Shown piece by piece: positions 13,325 to 25,680 of a stretch of 64,000 nt of DNA (positions within the stretch are counted from its first letter, which is position 1; each line of letters starts with the position of its first letter). Made by a program: the position numbers and the translations under genes. Under the pieces are notes generated by a model. That model did not search any database. It had not been told where the DNA came from and saw nothing but the letters and a program-made list of their open reading frames with translations. This stretch comes from Negaprion brevirostris (taxonomy: Eukaryota), in contig JARDVH010000106.1 of the NCBI GenBank assembly GCA_030324005.1, forward strand, positions 36,925,403-36,989,402, given 5' to 3'.

Positions 13325-13908
13325 GTATTGGGAGTCTGTGTCCGATGCGCACACAAGCTGGCTATAGCCGCCTGTGGGAGACACACCGGCAGCAGTGGCA
13401 CTGCCAGAGCAGCACACTGCAACCACCCCAGACCTGGATTACTCAGCGACAGTGCCGGCTCACGAGTTTCAACCGGCACATTTGTTCCTTGTTTTGGAAT
13501 GAAAATAAGATGTTTTTGTTCCTTAAGAAAACCACCAACAATATGTGTGTGGTCTTCCCCCCCCCCCCAACCCTCTTTTGCTCGCTTATTTTTCTTTTTT
13601 TTTGTGTTGTTTAATAGCGGTTTCTTTTAGAGTCAGCAGCTGCCAGAAGTGACATCCANNNNNNNNNNNNNNNNNNNNNNNNNNNNNNNNNNNNNNNNNN
13701 NNNNNNNNNNNNNNNNNNNNNNNNNNNNNNNNNNNNNNNNNNNNNNNNNNNNNNNNNNAGAGTCAGCAGCTGCCAGAAGTGACATCCAGTAGCAGGATTT
13801 TGGTTTAAAACTTTTTTTTTAAAAGCCAGTTTAACGCCGGGGACTTCCAGCCATAAGGAAATGCTGGTGAAAGAATGCCTGACCGTAAAGATGACTTAAT
13901 CAGACTGG
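13325..13908 (+). ncRNA. Candidate first exon of the pri-miR-222/221 host gene (MIR222HG-like)
   Basis: Start inferred ~30 nt after TATA; ends at the consensus donor CTGG|GTGAGT; only short ORFs. Contains a 100-N gap with duplicated flanks. Confidence 0.5.
13839..13848 (+). promoter_or_regulatory. NF-kB consensus site
   Basis: GGGGACTTCC fits GGGRNNYYCC. Confidence 0.35.
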
Positions 13909-15324
13909 GTGAGTGAAAAAGTCATCACTAACTTGTACTTTTCCTTCAGTACACCGTTTGCAAATACGTAACTAAATCACTTGGGGGACTGTTTTTGTAT
14001 GGAACGGATTAAACTTAAAATCAAGTGTTTAAGACAAAACAGTAGAAGGTGCCTACATATTGCAATAAATTACCAATCTGTAAAGTGCCTGACGCTGGTA
14101 TAATAACCTTATATTCTGTTCTGACATATGGGTTGGTCAAACTACTCATTAATGTTGTAAATTCTTTTGGGTGTTTTATAGATAAACACATCTATGCGAT
14201 TTTTTTCTCTCTGTATTCTCTGATGCTGACAGTGTGATCAAAGAGGCTTATGGAGAATTATACCACTTTTTATACGTGGGAAACTGTGACTTGTTTTAAT
14301 GTTGGGTGACTTCAGTACTTAAAGGGTTAATGTTTGCACTTGTAAATCTAGTTGGACTCGATTGTAATGCTTATTTGGTGAGTGGGTGTGGGGAGGATGA
14401 TTAGGAAACAGGGGAGCAGGTCAAAATGAAACTAGAATTGCAGCTACCTGTAAGCTGAAGAGTTGAACAGGAAAATAATTATAAAAGAGCAGCAATAAAT
14501 GAAGTTAGTTTAAGATAACCCAACGATTTAAGGGTGGAGCTTCCAACAACTATTACAAAAACTTTGTCGGGGCTTTGGCGCCAATAACTATATACTCTTA
14601 TTAAAGGTGTGGCCCAGTCCCATGCAAGGTGCTTCAGTTTCTTCAGTGGAAGAGTTTAATTGCCACTCCCTTGCACACTGGCAGTTAATGCATGACAGCC
14701 CATAACAGGGCAGACAACATTCCCAAAGTGCCAGCCATGTATTTAATCTTTTACCAAGGAGGAATGTTAGCAAATTGAGTTTAAGCATGCTTTCTTTCCC
14801 CCCGTGTAAATGACAGGAGAGATTCCTAATCATGGCAATGGTTGGCATTCCTAATTTTCATGCAACAGGGAACCGAGGCATGGAGCTAAAATTTTAAATA
14901 ATTTCTTGGTGGTGGTAAGGCCTTTTGAGTGTCCTCTATACAAAGGTGAAAAAATGGCCTTCAACATACCCAAAGCTCTAAATGTGTCCTTATTAAAATT
15001 TTTAATTTAATTTTTTTTAAACACCAGCGCAAACAGGGAATCTCAACTCCCATCCATTAGAGCAAGGCAAACAGAAAGTCAGGCACCCATCTTTAATGTT
15101 GATGACACCTGTCTCACTGCCCCCACACACTTGACACATGTTCAAGAAACCAGTAAACTTAAGATACATAACTGGAGGGCTCTGTGCCTCGATTGCACAT
15201 TATACGTGGCACAAATTAGTAAGCTTGTGGGCGTGTCGGGCACGGCCAGTGTCTGCAGTGAGATGGACCTATTGGCATCCTGTCATCATCACAATTCTTG
15301 GCGGTTGCATGAAACTACTAAAGA

Positions 15325-15885
15325 ATCTCAGAATTTTGAAATGCAGAAGAAGGCCATTTACCTTTTCTATGCAAAGTACTGGCTCTCTGAAAGAGTTATC
15401 CATTTAAGGCCATTTCCTTACACGCCCCCCCAGTTGTTCTTCAATTTTTTTGTTTTTTAAATTTTCTAATGTTTTAAAGGCTATAATGGATTTTACTTCT
15501 CGTGATTTCCAGTAGGCTTGTCCATGTCCCAACAATCTTCTGTTTCAAGGCAAACAAATGACTGCTGCTTCTAACATCCTCCTCTTTTCTGGGATCATCT
15601 TAAATTCTGTTCTCTAGTTATAATAATGGAAATAGGCTTCCATGAGGCAACTGTTTTAAAAAATTTAACATCTCTATTAGGTGTCCTCTTCACCTTTTTT
15701 CTATTCTAATAAGAGTTCCCCAATTTTTCTCCCCAGTCTGTCAACTTGACTGAAGTTTTTTTTCTGTGATCATAAATTTATCCTTTCCTTGGTCTTGACA
15801 CAACTTCCTATGGTATCCAAGACTGGATACAATGGTGTAAATTAAGGCTAACCAGTGACTTCTATGGGTTCAACATTACCTCTTT
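15325..15885 (-). mobile_element. Old CR1-clade LINE 3' region
   Basis: Reverse-complement tail (gcagaagaaggccatt) plus degenerate RT C-terminal sequence resembling 55063-55700. Confidence 0.6.
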
Positions 15886-16359
15886 TTCATTGAATGTAAG
15901 CACTCATCTTGATGATCCGGAGTGTTGATTATGACTCACTTAGAGGAAAGGGTTGCAACTTGTAAAAGAGCAATAGAAAATATTTTGGATGATTTTGGAA
16001 TGAACTAACGGGCATCACAAATATTAGTAATTTGCTTTGAAAGTTAATAGACCTGCAGGTTTACTTTGCAGTTCCACCAGACATCTACTGTAAATCCAAA
16101 TGGAAAAAGGACAGTGCAAGAAAGATTTGCAAAATACCTTGGTGAAACAAGCCATAGAGTGAGGTTCCAGGCCTTGGAAGTGAACTGGGCTCCTAAAAAT
16201 AAAAATATACTTTAAATATATTTTAAAGCATTAAATGCAAGTGACCAGGCACTCTGTTAGCATGGAGCTAATAGTTGTCCTCCTAATTATCCCACACCTC
16301 TGATATAGTTGGTGCTAGTATAGCTGTGAGGAAGGACCCTGGTCCACAGATTTTAGCGT

Positions 16360-16720
16360 TTTATTTTCATTTATTGGATGTGAATGTCAAAATTTGAGCA
16401 GCATTTATTGCCCATTCCTGACTGTCCTTGAAATGAATGGCTTGCTAGGCTATTTCAGAGGGCATTTAAGAGTCAACCACATTGCTGTGGATGTGGGGTC
16501 GCGTGTAAGGACAGCAGATTTGCATTCTTAATGGACATTAGCAAGCCAGTTGGGTTTTGTTTATCATCAATAATGGCTTCGTGAGTTTTTAATCATATTT
16601 TGTATTCAATTCAAATTTCACCAACTGCTGTGGTGGGATTCAAACCCAGGTCCCCGGAGGATTACTCTGGGTCTCTGGATTACCAGTCCAGTGAAAATAC
16701 CACTGCCCTATTGGCTCCCC
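16360..16720 (-). mobile_element. tRNA-derived SINE (family B) sharing its 3' tail with CR1-like LINE family B
   Basis: Minus strand has a tRNA-like head with B box (gggtttgaatccc), the central aatgtcc..aaatctgctgtccttac domain and the tail gggcaataaatgctg. Confidence 0.8.
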
Positions 16721-18355
16721 CTTCATATCATGTTAAACATCACCAGTGTAAATTTGTAATAATGAAAATAAAGGATGTATGTCTTGTTCAGTTGGGTGCT
16801 TTGTTAACTAATGTTTTGCCTGTTGTAATGGATATGATTGCTAACCTTGTAGGGAACTTGTTTACCTTGTTCATTTGAGTCAGATTCGTTTTTAAGTATT
16901 GAAATTGTTCTGCAAGTTCTATGATAGGGATCAAAGTGGTATCTGCTCAGCCAAGTATTGTTGAAGGTCGTATGGGATATTTGAGTCAAGCTCTCACTTA
17001 AGTTCATCATTAGGAATCATGCTGATTGAACGTCACCTCACACTTGTGTTTAAAGGTGACAGAATGATCAGGGTTGATGCTAGGGGAGAGATCAATCAGT
17101 TTAATTGTGGAGCCATTACAAGAACCTGTAAGTTCTTGATGGTCGTTGTTAGCCAGCAAAATTGTCCCCTTTATTTCCTTTCCATGCAGGCTAAGTATGA
17201 TTCCTGGGAGGGGCCTTGCATGTGCTTTTGTTTGGAGAAAATTCAAGTTATTGTGGTTGTGGAGGAGGGCCCTCCTACAGAATGAGTAATGTTTCAGAGA
17301 ATGGGTGGGGTATAATTTAATAGAATTTCACCATGGGTGGAAATTTGAGCTCTTCCCACATAAGTTGAGATCCAGAGCGAGTCAATCCATGAAATACCTG
17401 CAGAAGATGAGACTTTGGTTGAGTAATAATGATTTTCAACTCACTGTGGTTGGTGGCACTAAGTTGTTATCATAGAGAGAAGCAGATGTTGAGTGTTTAA
17501 CCTATGGATGATTCCCTGATTTGGTGTACTAAGGTAGTACCCATGTAAAAGTATTCTTTCCTTTTGACCTGGAAAGAAAACAACATAGGAAACTAATAAA
17601 AAATCAATCTTGATTTTTAAGCATTACAAAGGTTAAAGCTAGTGTTAGTCTGCTTCTATTGAGACACAATCAGTGCATGTTCAGCTAGGAGAATCTGTCC
17701 TAAACTATTAGTGCAACCGTTAACATTTGCATGTGATAGAAATGATTTAAAATACTGCAAACTTCAGGGATTGTCTTTTGAGATCACTTTTAGTCTCGGT
17801 TCATGGGGATCTTCAGTCACCTAGCTCATAGTGTGCTACACTTTGTGGAGAAGATTTGCCTATAAATACTTGGCAAGTAAAATACCAGATTTGACAGTCA
17901 TTATGTTAAGTTGATAACACAATTCCCTCAGTAGCCATGATCTGGCCTGTGGCTGCAGACTGGTGGGAGATGGATTTATTTGCAGAATCTTCCATGGTGA
18001 TTTCCTGATCCTAGTCATCTATTGGAGGGGAATAGAAGAAAGAGTGATTTGGAAAATGGCAGTAAACCTGGTCTGTTGCCTGGCATCTCATGATGGCTAA
18101 TACAGTAATTAATAGGCTGGGCACAAGAGATCATACACATTTAATCAGAAAATTATCCATAACACTTCCTGACTATACTATGCAATGCTCTGAACTCTAT
18201 CCCATTTCAACTTTCTGGTCATGAAAGTCCTAATGGAGCAGTGCAGAATCAGTTCTGATGGAGTTTTCCTCTTACTTTTGTTTTCCTTTCTGCAGTTGAA
18301 TATTGAATAGAATATTTTAACACCAGCATGGAGCACAAAATGTGTTGCTTGCAAT

Positions 18356-18528
18356 GACTGGATGACTCAGAAAATTAGCAAAATGCCCTTTTATCTTTAT
18401 CCAGGTCAAACAGAAGATGAATATTCCCTTTCGGCTAGTTGTCGGGATGAAATGAGTTTGGCTGCAACACAGTTCCACTGGCTGTAATTCAACAGCAAAT
18501 AATTATCCATAACTTTGCATTAATTGGT
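18356..18528 (+). mobile_element. LF-SINE-like ancient SINE remnant
   Basis: Colinear blocks gactggatgactcag / tgaaatgagttt..cagttcc / aactttgcattaattgg resemble the LF-SINE consensus as I recall it. Confidence 0.4.
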
Positions 18529-19598
18529 CTTCATTCTCTTTCCTCTCCTCCCACCTTTTCCCACCTCCACAAGTCACATTTATAGGGCTGGCCAGTGTAA
18601 ATAATAGTACATTTGGGAACTTCGGCCGTTGACAAAATAATTACCAACTGAAATTCTACTTCATGCACCTTTTGATTATTTACTGGAGATTTTAGCATTA
18701 TGGAAAGTACTGCTCAGTTTCTTGTTGCTTCTCCAGAGACATGTTCCTCTTATTCACACCGGAATGGTGAAGGCAAGAATGGACTCTGCTTTTCTGATAT
18801 TGGGGGTGGGCATAAATTTCTTGGACTCGATGGGTGGAACCTTGTATTGTGTTTTCCTGTGTTAAACTTCAGCTGCTACTGCATTATACTGTATGGAGGT
18901 GACCAAAATGGAAAAAATACTCCAGTCAACGCTAACATTTAGTGTGGCGTTTTAGTAACATTAGTAATTTTTGCAAGTGCTAGAAAAGTGTAGTAAATGA
19001 TGATGTTACACCTGACTTCAGTGCCACAGACTCAGAACATCAAACATGCCAATAGTCCTTATTATTTAGTTTCAAGGGGCACTATTTCATGGAAGAGTAT
19101 CTAATAAACTTTATTTTTGTTGCACAAATAATGCCAATCATATTAGAATGTAGCATGTGTCATTTGGATTTGGCACCAGGGCATTGAAAATGACGCATGT
19201 TTCTGGATCATCTTTTCTAAGCCAAAGAATAGGTGTCAAGCATTAGTCTTTGTCCTTTTTGTTTTTAAACTTATTTCTGGATGTTCTGCTGTAGCCATTC
19301 CTCAATTTACCAAGAGGATGTTGGCTATTTGCCAACTTCCAATGTTAATCTGGAGCTGGTTACCATTAATGAAATCCAGAGTGAGATGTTCTGTTTTTGT
19401 TCCCTTTTTCATAAGGAAGTATCAGACTCCTTGTTCATGATTTTCTTCCCCCAGTAAGGTAACAGTGATTGGGACATATCACACAGGGGGTCATGAGCTG
19501 AAACACTCAACTATCATGTGGTAGCACAGAGCAATGTTATCTGAAAGATGTTCTGCCAGATCACTTGTTTGCTCTACCAACCTTGATACCTTAATTAC

Positions 19599-20317
19599 CA
19601 ATTCTTGCTACTCTGAATAAATGATTCAAACCTACAAAGCAGTGGATGCCATATGCATAGCCCAAAGTGCCACTAGTCTGAGGTGCTGGATTGGCTTCAC
19701 ATTTAAGGTTCAGAAATGTAAGGCAAATAACAAATTGATTCACTTTTTTGTTTTCTCCAACTTTTTAATGTCAGTGACGAAATTCAGAAAATTTTATGAT
19801 ACTATAATGCCAGATCCCTTGCATTGTTGCTTCATAATAGTTACTGATGTGCAGAAACACTATAATTGTAGTACCTGATTCCACGCACCCCCCACCCCCC
19901 CCAAGTAAGTGGGTGCTTTTCTACCTTTGCAACCGCAATTAGATATAATGTGACCAAATATTTTCTCTCGTAGCATCTATTACTAGTATTGATCTCTAGA
20001 CTGGCACTCGAACCTGGGTTTTCACCTATTGGTCATTGGAGGGAAAATTTGGCCCATGACTCAACTTGTACATCAGAAAATTCTCCCTTCCCTTGAGTTG
20101 TTGCCTAACTATATGACAACACTTTCACTATTTTGGTAACTTTTCTCAGTCATTCGACTTCCTAGTATGAATCATTAATATGTCATTTCCGTACATTTCT
20201 GAACACAAATGTGAAGCCAACCTTGCACAATGCACTGATGAGACTCTTGGGCCATGTATATGGCATCCACTGCTTTTTTTTGTGGTTTGAATCATCTATT
20301 CCAAACAGCAAGAATTG
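19599..20317. repeat. Degenerate long inverted repeat (foldback/MITE-like)
   Basis: 19599-19742 is an imperfect reverse complement of 20168-20317 (gcagtggatgccatat / atatggcatccactgc; ttggcttcacattt / aaatgtgaagccaa; gttcagaaatgta / tacatttctgaac). Confidence 0.85.
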
Positions 20318-21479
20318 ATGAAGTGGGTTGTATTAATAACAATGCCAACCATGGCCACTCTGAATTGGTGAGTTAGATGATGATAATCTGAGCAGTCAGC
20401 ATGTATTGTTCAGTTTCTGAACTGCTAAATATCTTGTCTCCGTCTAAACTTTTATCAGAGGTTTTTGCGACTTTGACTTGTTCATTCTCAACAGGGGGAA
20501 AACCGTGCACTGCACGGGCACCAGTTTCAAATCTACTGGTCAGGGTAATGTCTGGCTGTGGCCTAAGTGTCCCACTGTCAGGAGAAGAATGTGCCCTGGC
20601 CAGCCAGCTGAAAAAAGTTAGTTAAAAATAGTAAATACTGGTGTGCAAGGGAGCCCTTTTAATTTTAACTTTAAGATGGTTAGAAAGTCCCTAATCGTGT
20701 ACCACAGGCCACTTCCAGAGATGCTTTTGGTTTCACTGGTTGGTGGCTGAGTAATTCCAGTGTAAAGACAGTAACTGACTCGCCAGTACTTAAATATTTA
20801 ATTTCAATGGTTCACCACATTTCTGTAAGAACTGTTTACTGTACATATTTGACTAAAGATTAGACTTTTTTTTTACACTGACCTGAGCACAAAACTAACT
20901 AATATGTGCTAACTGTTAAGTGTCTGACATCCAGTTTCAAACGAGCCACAATCTCTTGCACGTTGAAAGAGTGAAGATAGTTGGTGCAAATAGAGCTGGC
21001 ATGGCCAATGTGAACCATATAGAAACTGAGCTGGCGTGGCCAGTGTATGCCATAGAGAACTGATCCTATATCTGCAGATAATGTCACTGAGGGGTTGTAT
21101 GTATAATGTGCAAGTGACGCTGATGGTTTGGAGTAAAGCAGTCTGTCTGAATTGGACAGCAGAGAAGGGTCAGAAGGGGATTGGTATGATTGTAGAAAGG
21201 CAGAGGAGGACATGGTCATAAGGATATCGTTTGGCTCAGTATTTCTATGCTATGGCATCAATGAAATTTAATTGGGAAGATTTAAATGCAAAGTTCCAGG
21301 AAATATGGGATTAGATCCAAAGGATAACGCCATGTTCAAGGACTTGGAAGAGAAGGGAAGTTGGCGATAGGGTGGTGATTTGCAAGGACAGAGGGGTCGA
21401 GATTGAGCAATTGACAGCAGTTTTGTAAAAGACACATTCTCGCTAAGAGAGCGATCTATAATTTCAACAATTATTAACT

Positions 21480-23080
21480 TATTCATATAGTGCTTTCAAT
21501 ATAAAACACCCCAAGGCACAGGAGTGTTTTNNNNNNNNNNNNNNNNNNNNNNNNNNNNNNNNNNNNNNNNNNNNNNNNNNNNNNNNNNNNNNNNNNNNNN
21601 NNNNNNNNNNNNNNNNNNNNNNNNNNNNNNAACACCCCAAGGCACAGGAGTGTTTTGATTAAACTTTGACACCATGACACAACATGACATTGGGTCAGGT
21701 GCTTGGCCAAAGAGGTAGGTTTTAGTACTGCCTTAAAGAGGCAGAGATTTATGGAGAAATTCTACACTGGGGGCTTAGGCAGCTGAAGGCAAAGCTGTCA
21801 GTTGTGGCACAGTTAAAATTGGGGAGTCTCGTAAAGACAGAAATAGGTGCGTGCAGAGATGGGAGGAATGAGGCTGCGGAGGGAATTAGAAACTCGTTTT
21901 CAAATTTGAGGCACTGTTTAACTGGGTACACGCCACTGATCATTTTGATGAGTAAGTTAGGGTGCTGACAGCAAGGTTTTGATGGCCTTGTGTTTTACAG
22001 AGGGTAGAATGTGGAATGTCAGCCAGGAATAATAGGTCCAGAATTATCAAAGGCTTGGATGAGGATTTCTGCAGCAGATGCTGAAGTAGGGCAGGGTCAG
22101 CTGATGCTGCAGGGACTGAAATAGGTAGTTTTAGTGATGTTATAAATTTGTGTTTGGAAATTCATCTTGGTCAAATATATGTCCAAGATTGCAAGCAGTC
22201 TCATTCAGTTTTATAATTGTCACAGAGAGGGAGAGACTAAGGAACAGTGTTGTAACAGGAATAATCATTTCAGACTTCCCAATATTTAATTGGAGGAAGG
22301 TTCTGCTCTTTCAACATTGGATATATAACAAATGGTCTGTTGCATAGCAACTTTGGAGGAGCCGATGGATATGTTAAAGCACAGTTGGATATCAGTGTTG
22401 TCAGCACGTATGCAATGAGCAACACCATCAACTAGCAAGGTAACAGGAAGAGATGCTCCATGATCAATAAGTTGGTGGGAATGGATCGAGGGGACAGGTT
22501 GGTAGATTTTATGGACAAAGTGAGCTAGAAAAGGGGTGGGAGGGTGAATTTTCAGCCATAAAGGTGAAGATTTGGCTACTGGAATGGGGTCAGGCAGCTG
22601 AACTGCAGGGGATTGTTAGTTGTGAGAAGAGATCTGATGTTGTCTTTGCTGTTGGGAGTAATCCTGGAATGGTGTATGGGTTGAGAAGAATGTGTGGTCC
22701 CATATAGTGCTTAATGTGGTCCAGTCCAATTAGGTGATGAATAGCTCAACTCATTGAGCAATGACTCCATTCCCGTCTGTAATGGTGGACCTGATGAAGC
22801 AAAGGTTGGGGCCAAACCAGGAGAAATGACAAGGGACAAGGTCATCAAAAGTGGAAGCTACGGAATGGTTGAGTAAACTTGCTGTAAAATTATCGAGATG
22901 GTGAATTGTAAGGCTATAAAGGGCTTGGAAACAGAGTTTGAGTGGGGAGTGCTCCTAGAAATTAATTTGGATATGGGTGCTGAGGGATACAGAAATGTGG
23001 TTGGAGATAGATGTGAAGTCTGAGGCCATGTTAGGTGACAAGGGGTGGCTGTGAAAATAGAACTTGTACTGGAAGAGAGG
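21480..23080 (-). mobile_element. Degenerate L2-clade LINE
   Basis: Reverse-complement L2-type 3' end (atatagtgcttt..ccaagg..ggccaaagaggtaggtttta..ggcagctgaaggca) followed by decayed RT/EN-like sequence. Confidence 0.65.
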
Positions 23081-23516
23081 GCACTAAACGGCAGTCATTT
23101 GTTTTTGTGCATTTGAGAGATGTGGGCCTATCCTTAGTTGCCCTTGGTGGTTGTCGTGAGTGAGTTGCTGCCTTAAATTCAGAGGAGAGGGGAAATATGG
23201 AGATTGAAATGACAGGATGAGTTCTGCACAGAAGAGAACATCTGAGAAACTTGGCAGAAGTACAAGAATGGAACAAGGTGAACAATCCCAACATAGAGAA
23301 GATATTCCAGGAAAGCAAGGAGACCATGATTTACACACTTGCCAGCAGATTTCACTAGATGGCAGCCAAAAGCAGAAATATTTATTGGTTTTTGTTTTCT
23401 CCTCTCCATGGATTAGGGATGGAGGGCAATTGTAACACTCTCACTACCCAGACTGAAGTCAACCAACTTGAAACAGATCAGATCTAACTGTTGTGCTTTT
23501 GTATGTCCCTGAATTA

Positions 23517-23645
23517 TGAAACCCACACAGACACCCAAGAGAATGTGCAGACTCCACGTAGACAGTTACCCAATGCCAGAATTGAACCTGAGTCCTTGCC
23601 ACTGTAAGGTAGCAGTGCTAACCATTGTGCCACAGTGCTGCCCAT
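23517..23645 (-). mobile_element. HE1-type SINE, 5' half
   Basis: gaatgtgcagactccac..attgaacctg..agcagtgctaaccattgtgcc is the reverse complement of the tRNA head plus V domain. Confidence 0.85.
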
Positions 23646-25394
23646 TAACCTGAAAATTTTCTAGGTCTGGTCAGATCTAATGGTTTGCAGTAGTAGTTAG
23701 TAATTGAAACGTTAAGCTGATGATGTTGCAAAAGTGTAAAAGCTCATAATTTTAACTTTTCTAGGTCATTAACTGTAAACCTGCCTCTGTAACAGTACCA
23801 TGAATCTAACCTTCTTTAGGTTTGAAAAGACAGTAGAACAAAATCCATTAAAGCTAGGTACAGGAGATAATAGCAATGGTCCCAGTTTTAATCACAGTAC
23901 AACTTCCCATCTAAAAGTTGGTTTTAAAGCCTTTTTTTTTGTGGGGGGGTGGGGGGAATGGGGGTGGGGAGGTGAGAGTGGGGATTAAGCTGCTTGTAGA
24001 AAATGAATCACTGCAATGTTAGTTTATCTGACTAAACAAAGAATTCCTAATGAGTGAATAAAAGGTAAATATTCCTATAGGGCTCTTGGATTTCTGTTGG
24101 AGAAGCTCCTAACTTTATGTTTAGTCAAAGCCAGAATATCAGAAATTGAAAAAATTCCAGACACAAGACCTTATTTGTACAGACAGTATTGATAATTAAA
24201 TTGTAAATGAGTTCATTTGCTGTTGTGATCTTCACCCTGCGCTTAAATTAATTCACACGAGTGTATCTTGTTTAGCCATCTGAGAATGTTCAAACTTGCC
24301 TTTTAAAATTCAGCTGCTGGTTCCATCTCTACAGACTGGGAAAAGATAACTAGCCTTTTAAGAAGTCTGGCAAAAGGATAAATGAACGGGAACTTAGTTA
24401 GGATGTGAGTTATTCCCACAGTGAATCATTGTAACTTGGTTCTCATTCTCAAAATAAATCTGGATGAATCAGCTTGTGTTTGAATCAGTCAAATTGGAAC
24501 CAGAATTGAACCTGGTCCAATTGGAGGAAACCATCTATCCTAGAATCTATATAAATTTCAGTATATTGGAGCCTAACCTGCCCCATAATTCAGGGGCATA
24601 CGGTGGCAGCAACAATTATTTGATTGAGTATCTGGGCTAACTGTTGCAGTTGCAGTCAGTCAGTAATGACATTTTAAAATGTTTCTCACTGAATAGTCAA
24701 AAGATTCTTGCAGTGGGGCAGTTGTGTGTACCCAGTGTTTGTACGGTATGTAATCATGGTGGAATGAATCAGCACAAATAATTAGGGACTTTTGGACATC
24801 TTGGCATTTGTGTTGTAACTTCAGCACAAGTAAAGTGACTATTCAGTATTTGAGTATTATGAATGATTCAGTTCCTGTTGGCGTGATCCTGCTGACAACA
24901 ATTTGGTTAGGAGAACTCAAAAAAATGTTTTAGAATGTGGATGTGGTGAGCCTAGTCATCTTCGAGGTATTTCAGAGGAAACCCACATCAACTGTAAAAA
25001 TGAACTTTGAACTCCTGGACTCCAATAATAGTTCCAGCACCACTTGATGGGCATGCTTAATAACTTCTTTCAAAATGTACCCACCATTGAAAATGTTTTA
25101 AACGTGGTATCTGTACAAGAGAGCCGTTAGTTCTAAAAAGATAATGAGTATGCTCCTGGGATCATTTGGCTTTATTTAGGAGTTATACTTGCTAAGGGGT
25201 GCTGTTGCAGATTAGTGCCTGATGGCTCCAAATCACCACATGGTGAGCTTTTGATGCCAGCAGTGAGTTTAAATTGGACCCCAGAGCAAAAAAGATTGGG
25301 ATCTAAGATTAGGATTATTCTGGTTATATTATTTCCCATTTTCTATAAGCCAATTCCAAAATAGCATTAGCAAAAACTATTAAGTTTGCTGATT

Positions 25395-25680
25395 CATAGA
25401 ATCCCTGCTGTGCAGAGAGAGGCCATTTGGCCCATCGAGTCCCCACATATTAACACTGCTGATCCTAACCTAAATCCCTTGGGACAGTAAGGGATAATTT
25501 AGCACGGTCTTGCATAACTTAAATTGCAAATCTTTGCATTGCGGGAGGAAACCGCGGCATCCAGAGGGAACCCGCACAGACACGGAGTGTGCGAACTCCA
25601 CAGAGATGGTCACCCAAGGCAGGAATTGAACTTGGATCCCTGGCATTGTGAGGCAGCAGTGCTAACAGCTGTGCTGCCCA
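25395..25680 (-). mobile_element. HE1-type SINE, near full length
   Basis: Runs from the HER1 tail (catagaatccc..gaggccatttggcccatcgagt) through the core to the tRNA head. Confidence 0.9.

Noticed and set aside
13268-13630. Overlapping 110-120-aa ORFs in the promoter/exon 1 region
   Set aside because: Non-ATG starts, low-complexity ends and no recognisable domain; a by-product of GC-richer sequence.
13629-13788. Direct repeat agagtcagcagctgccagaagtgacatcca on both sides of a gap
   Set aside because: It flanks a 100-N gap exactly, typical of an unmerged contig overlap rather than a biological repeat.
21505-21656. Direct repeat aacaccccaaggcacaggagtgtttt around a gap
   Set aside because: Same scaffolding artefact around a 100-N gap.
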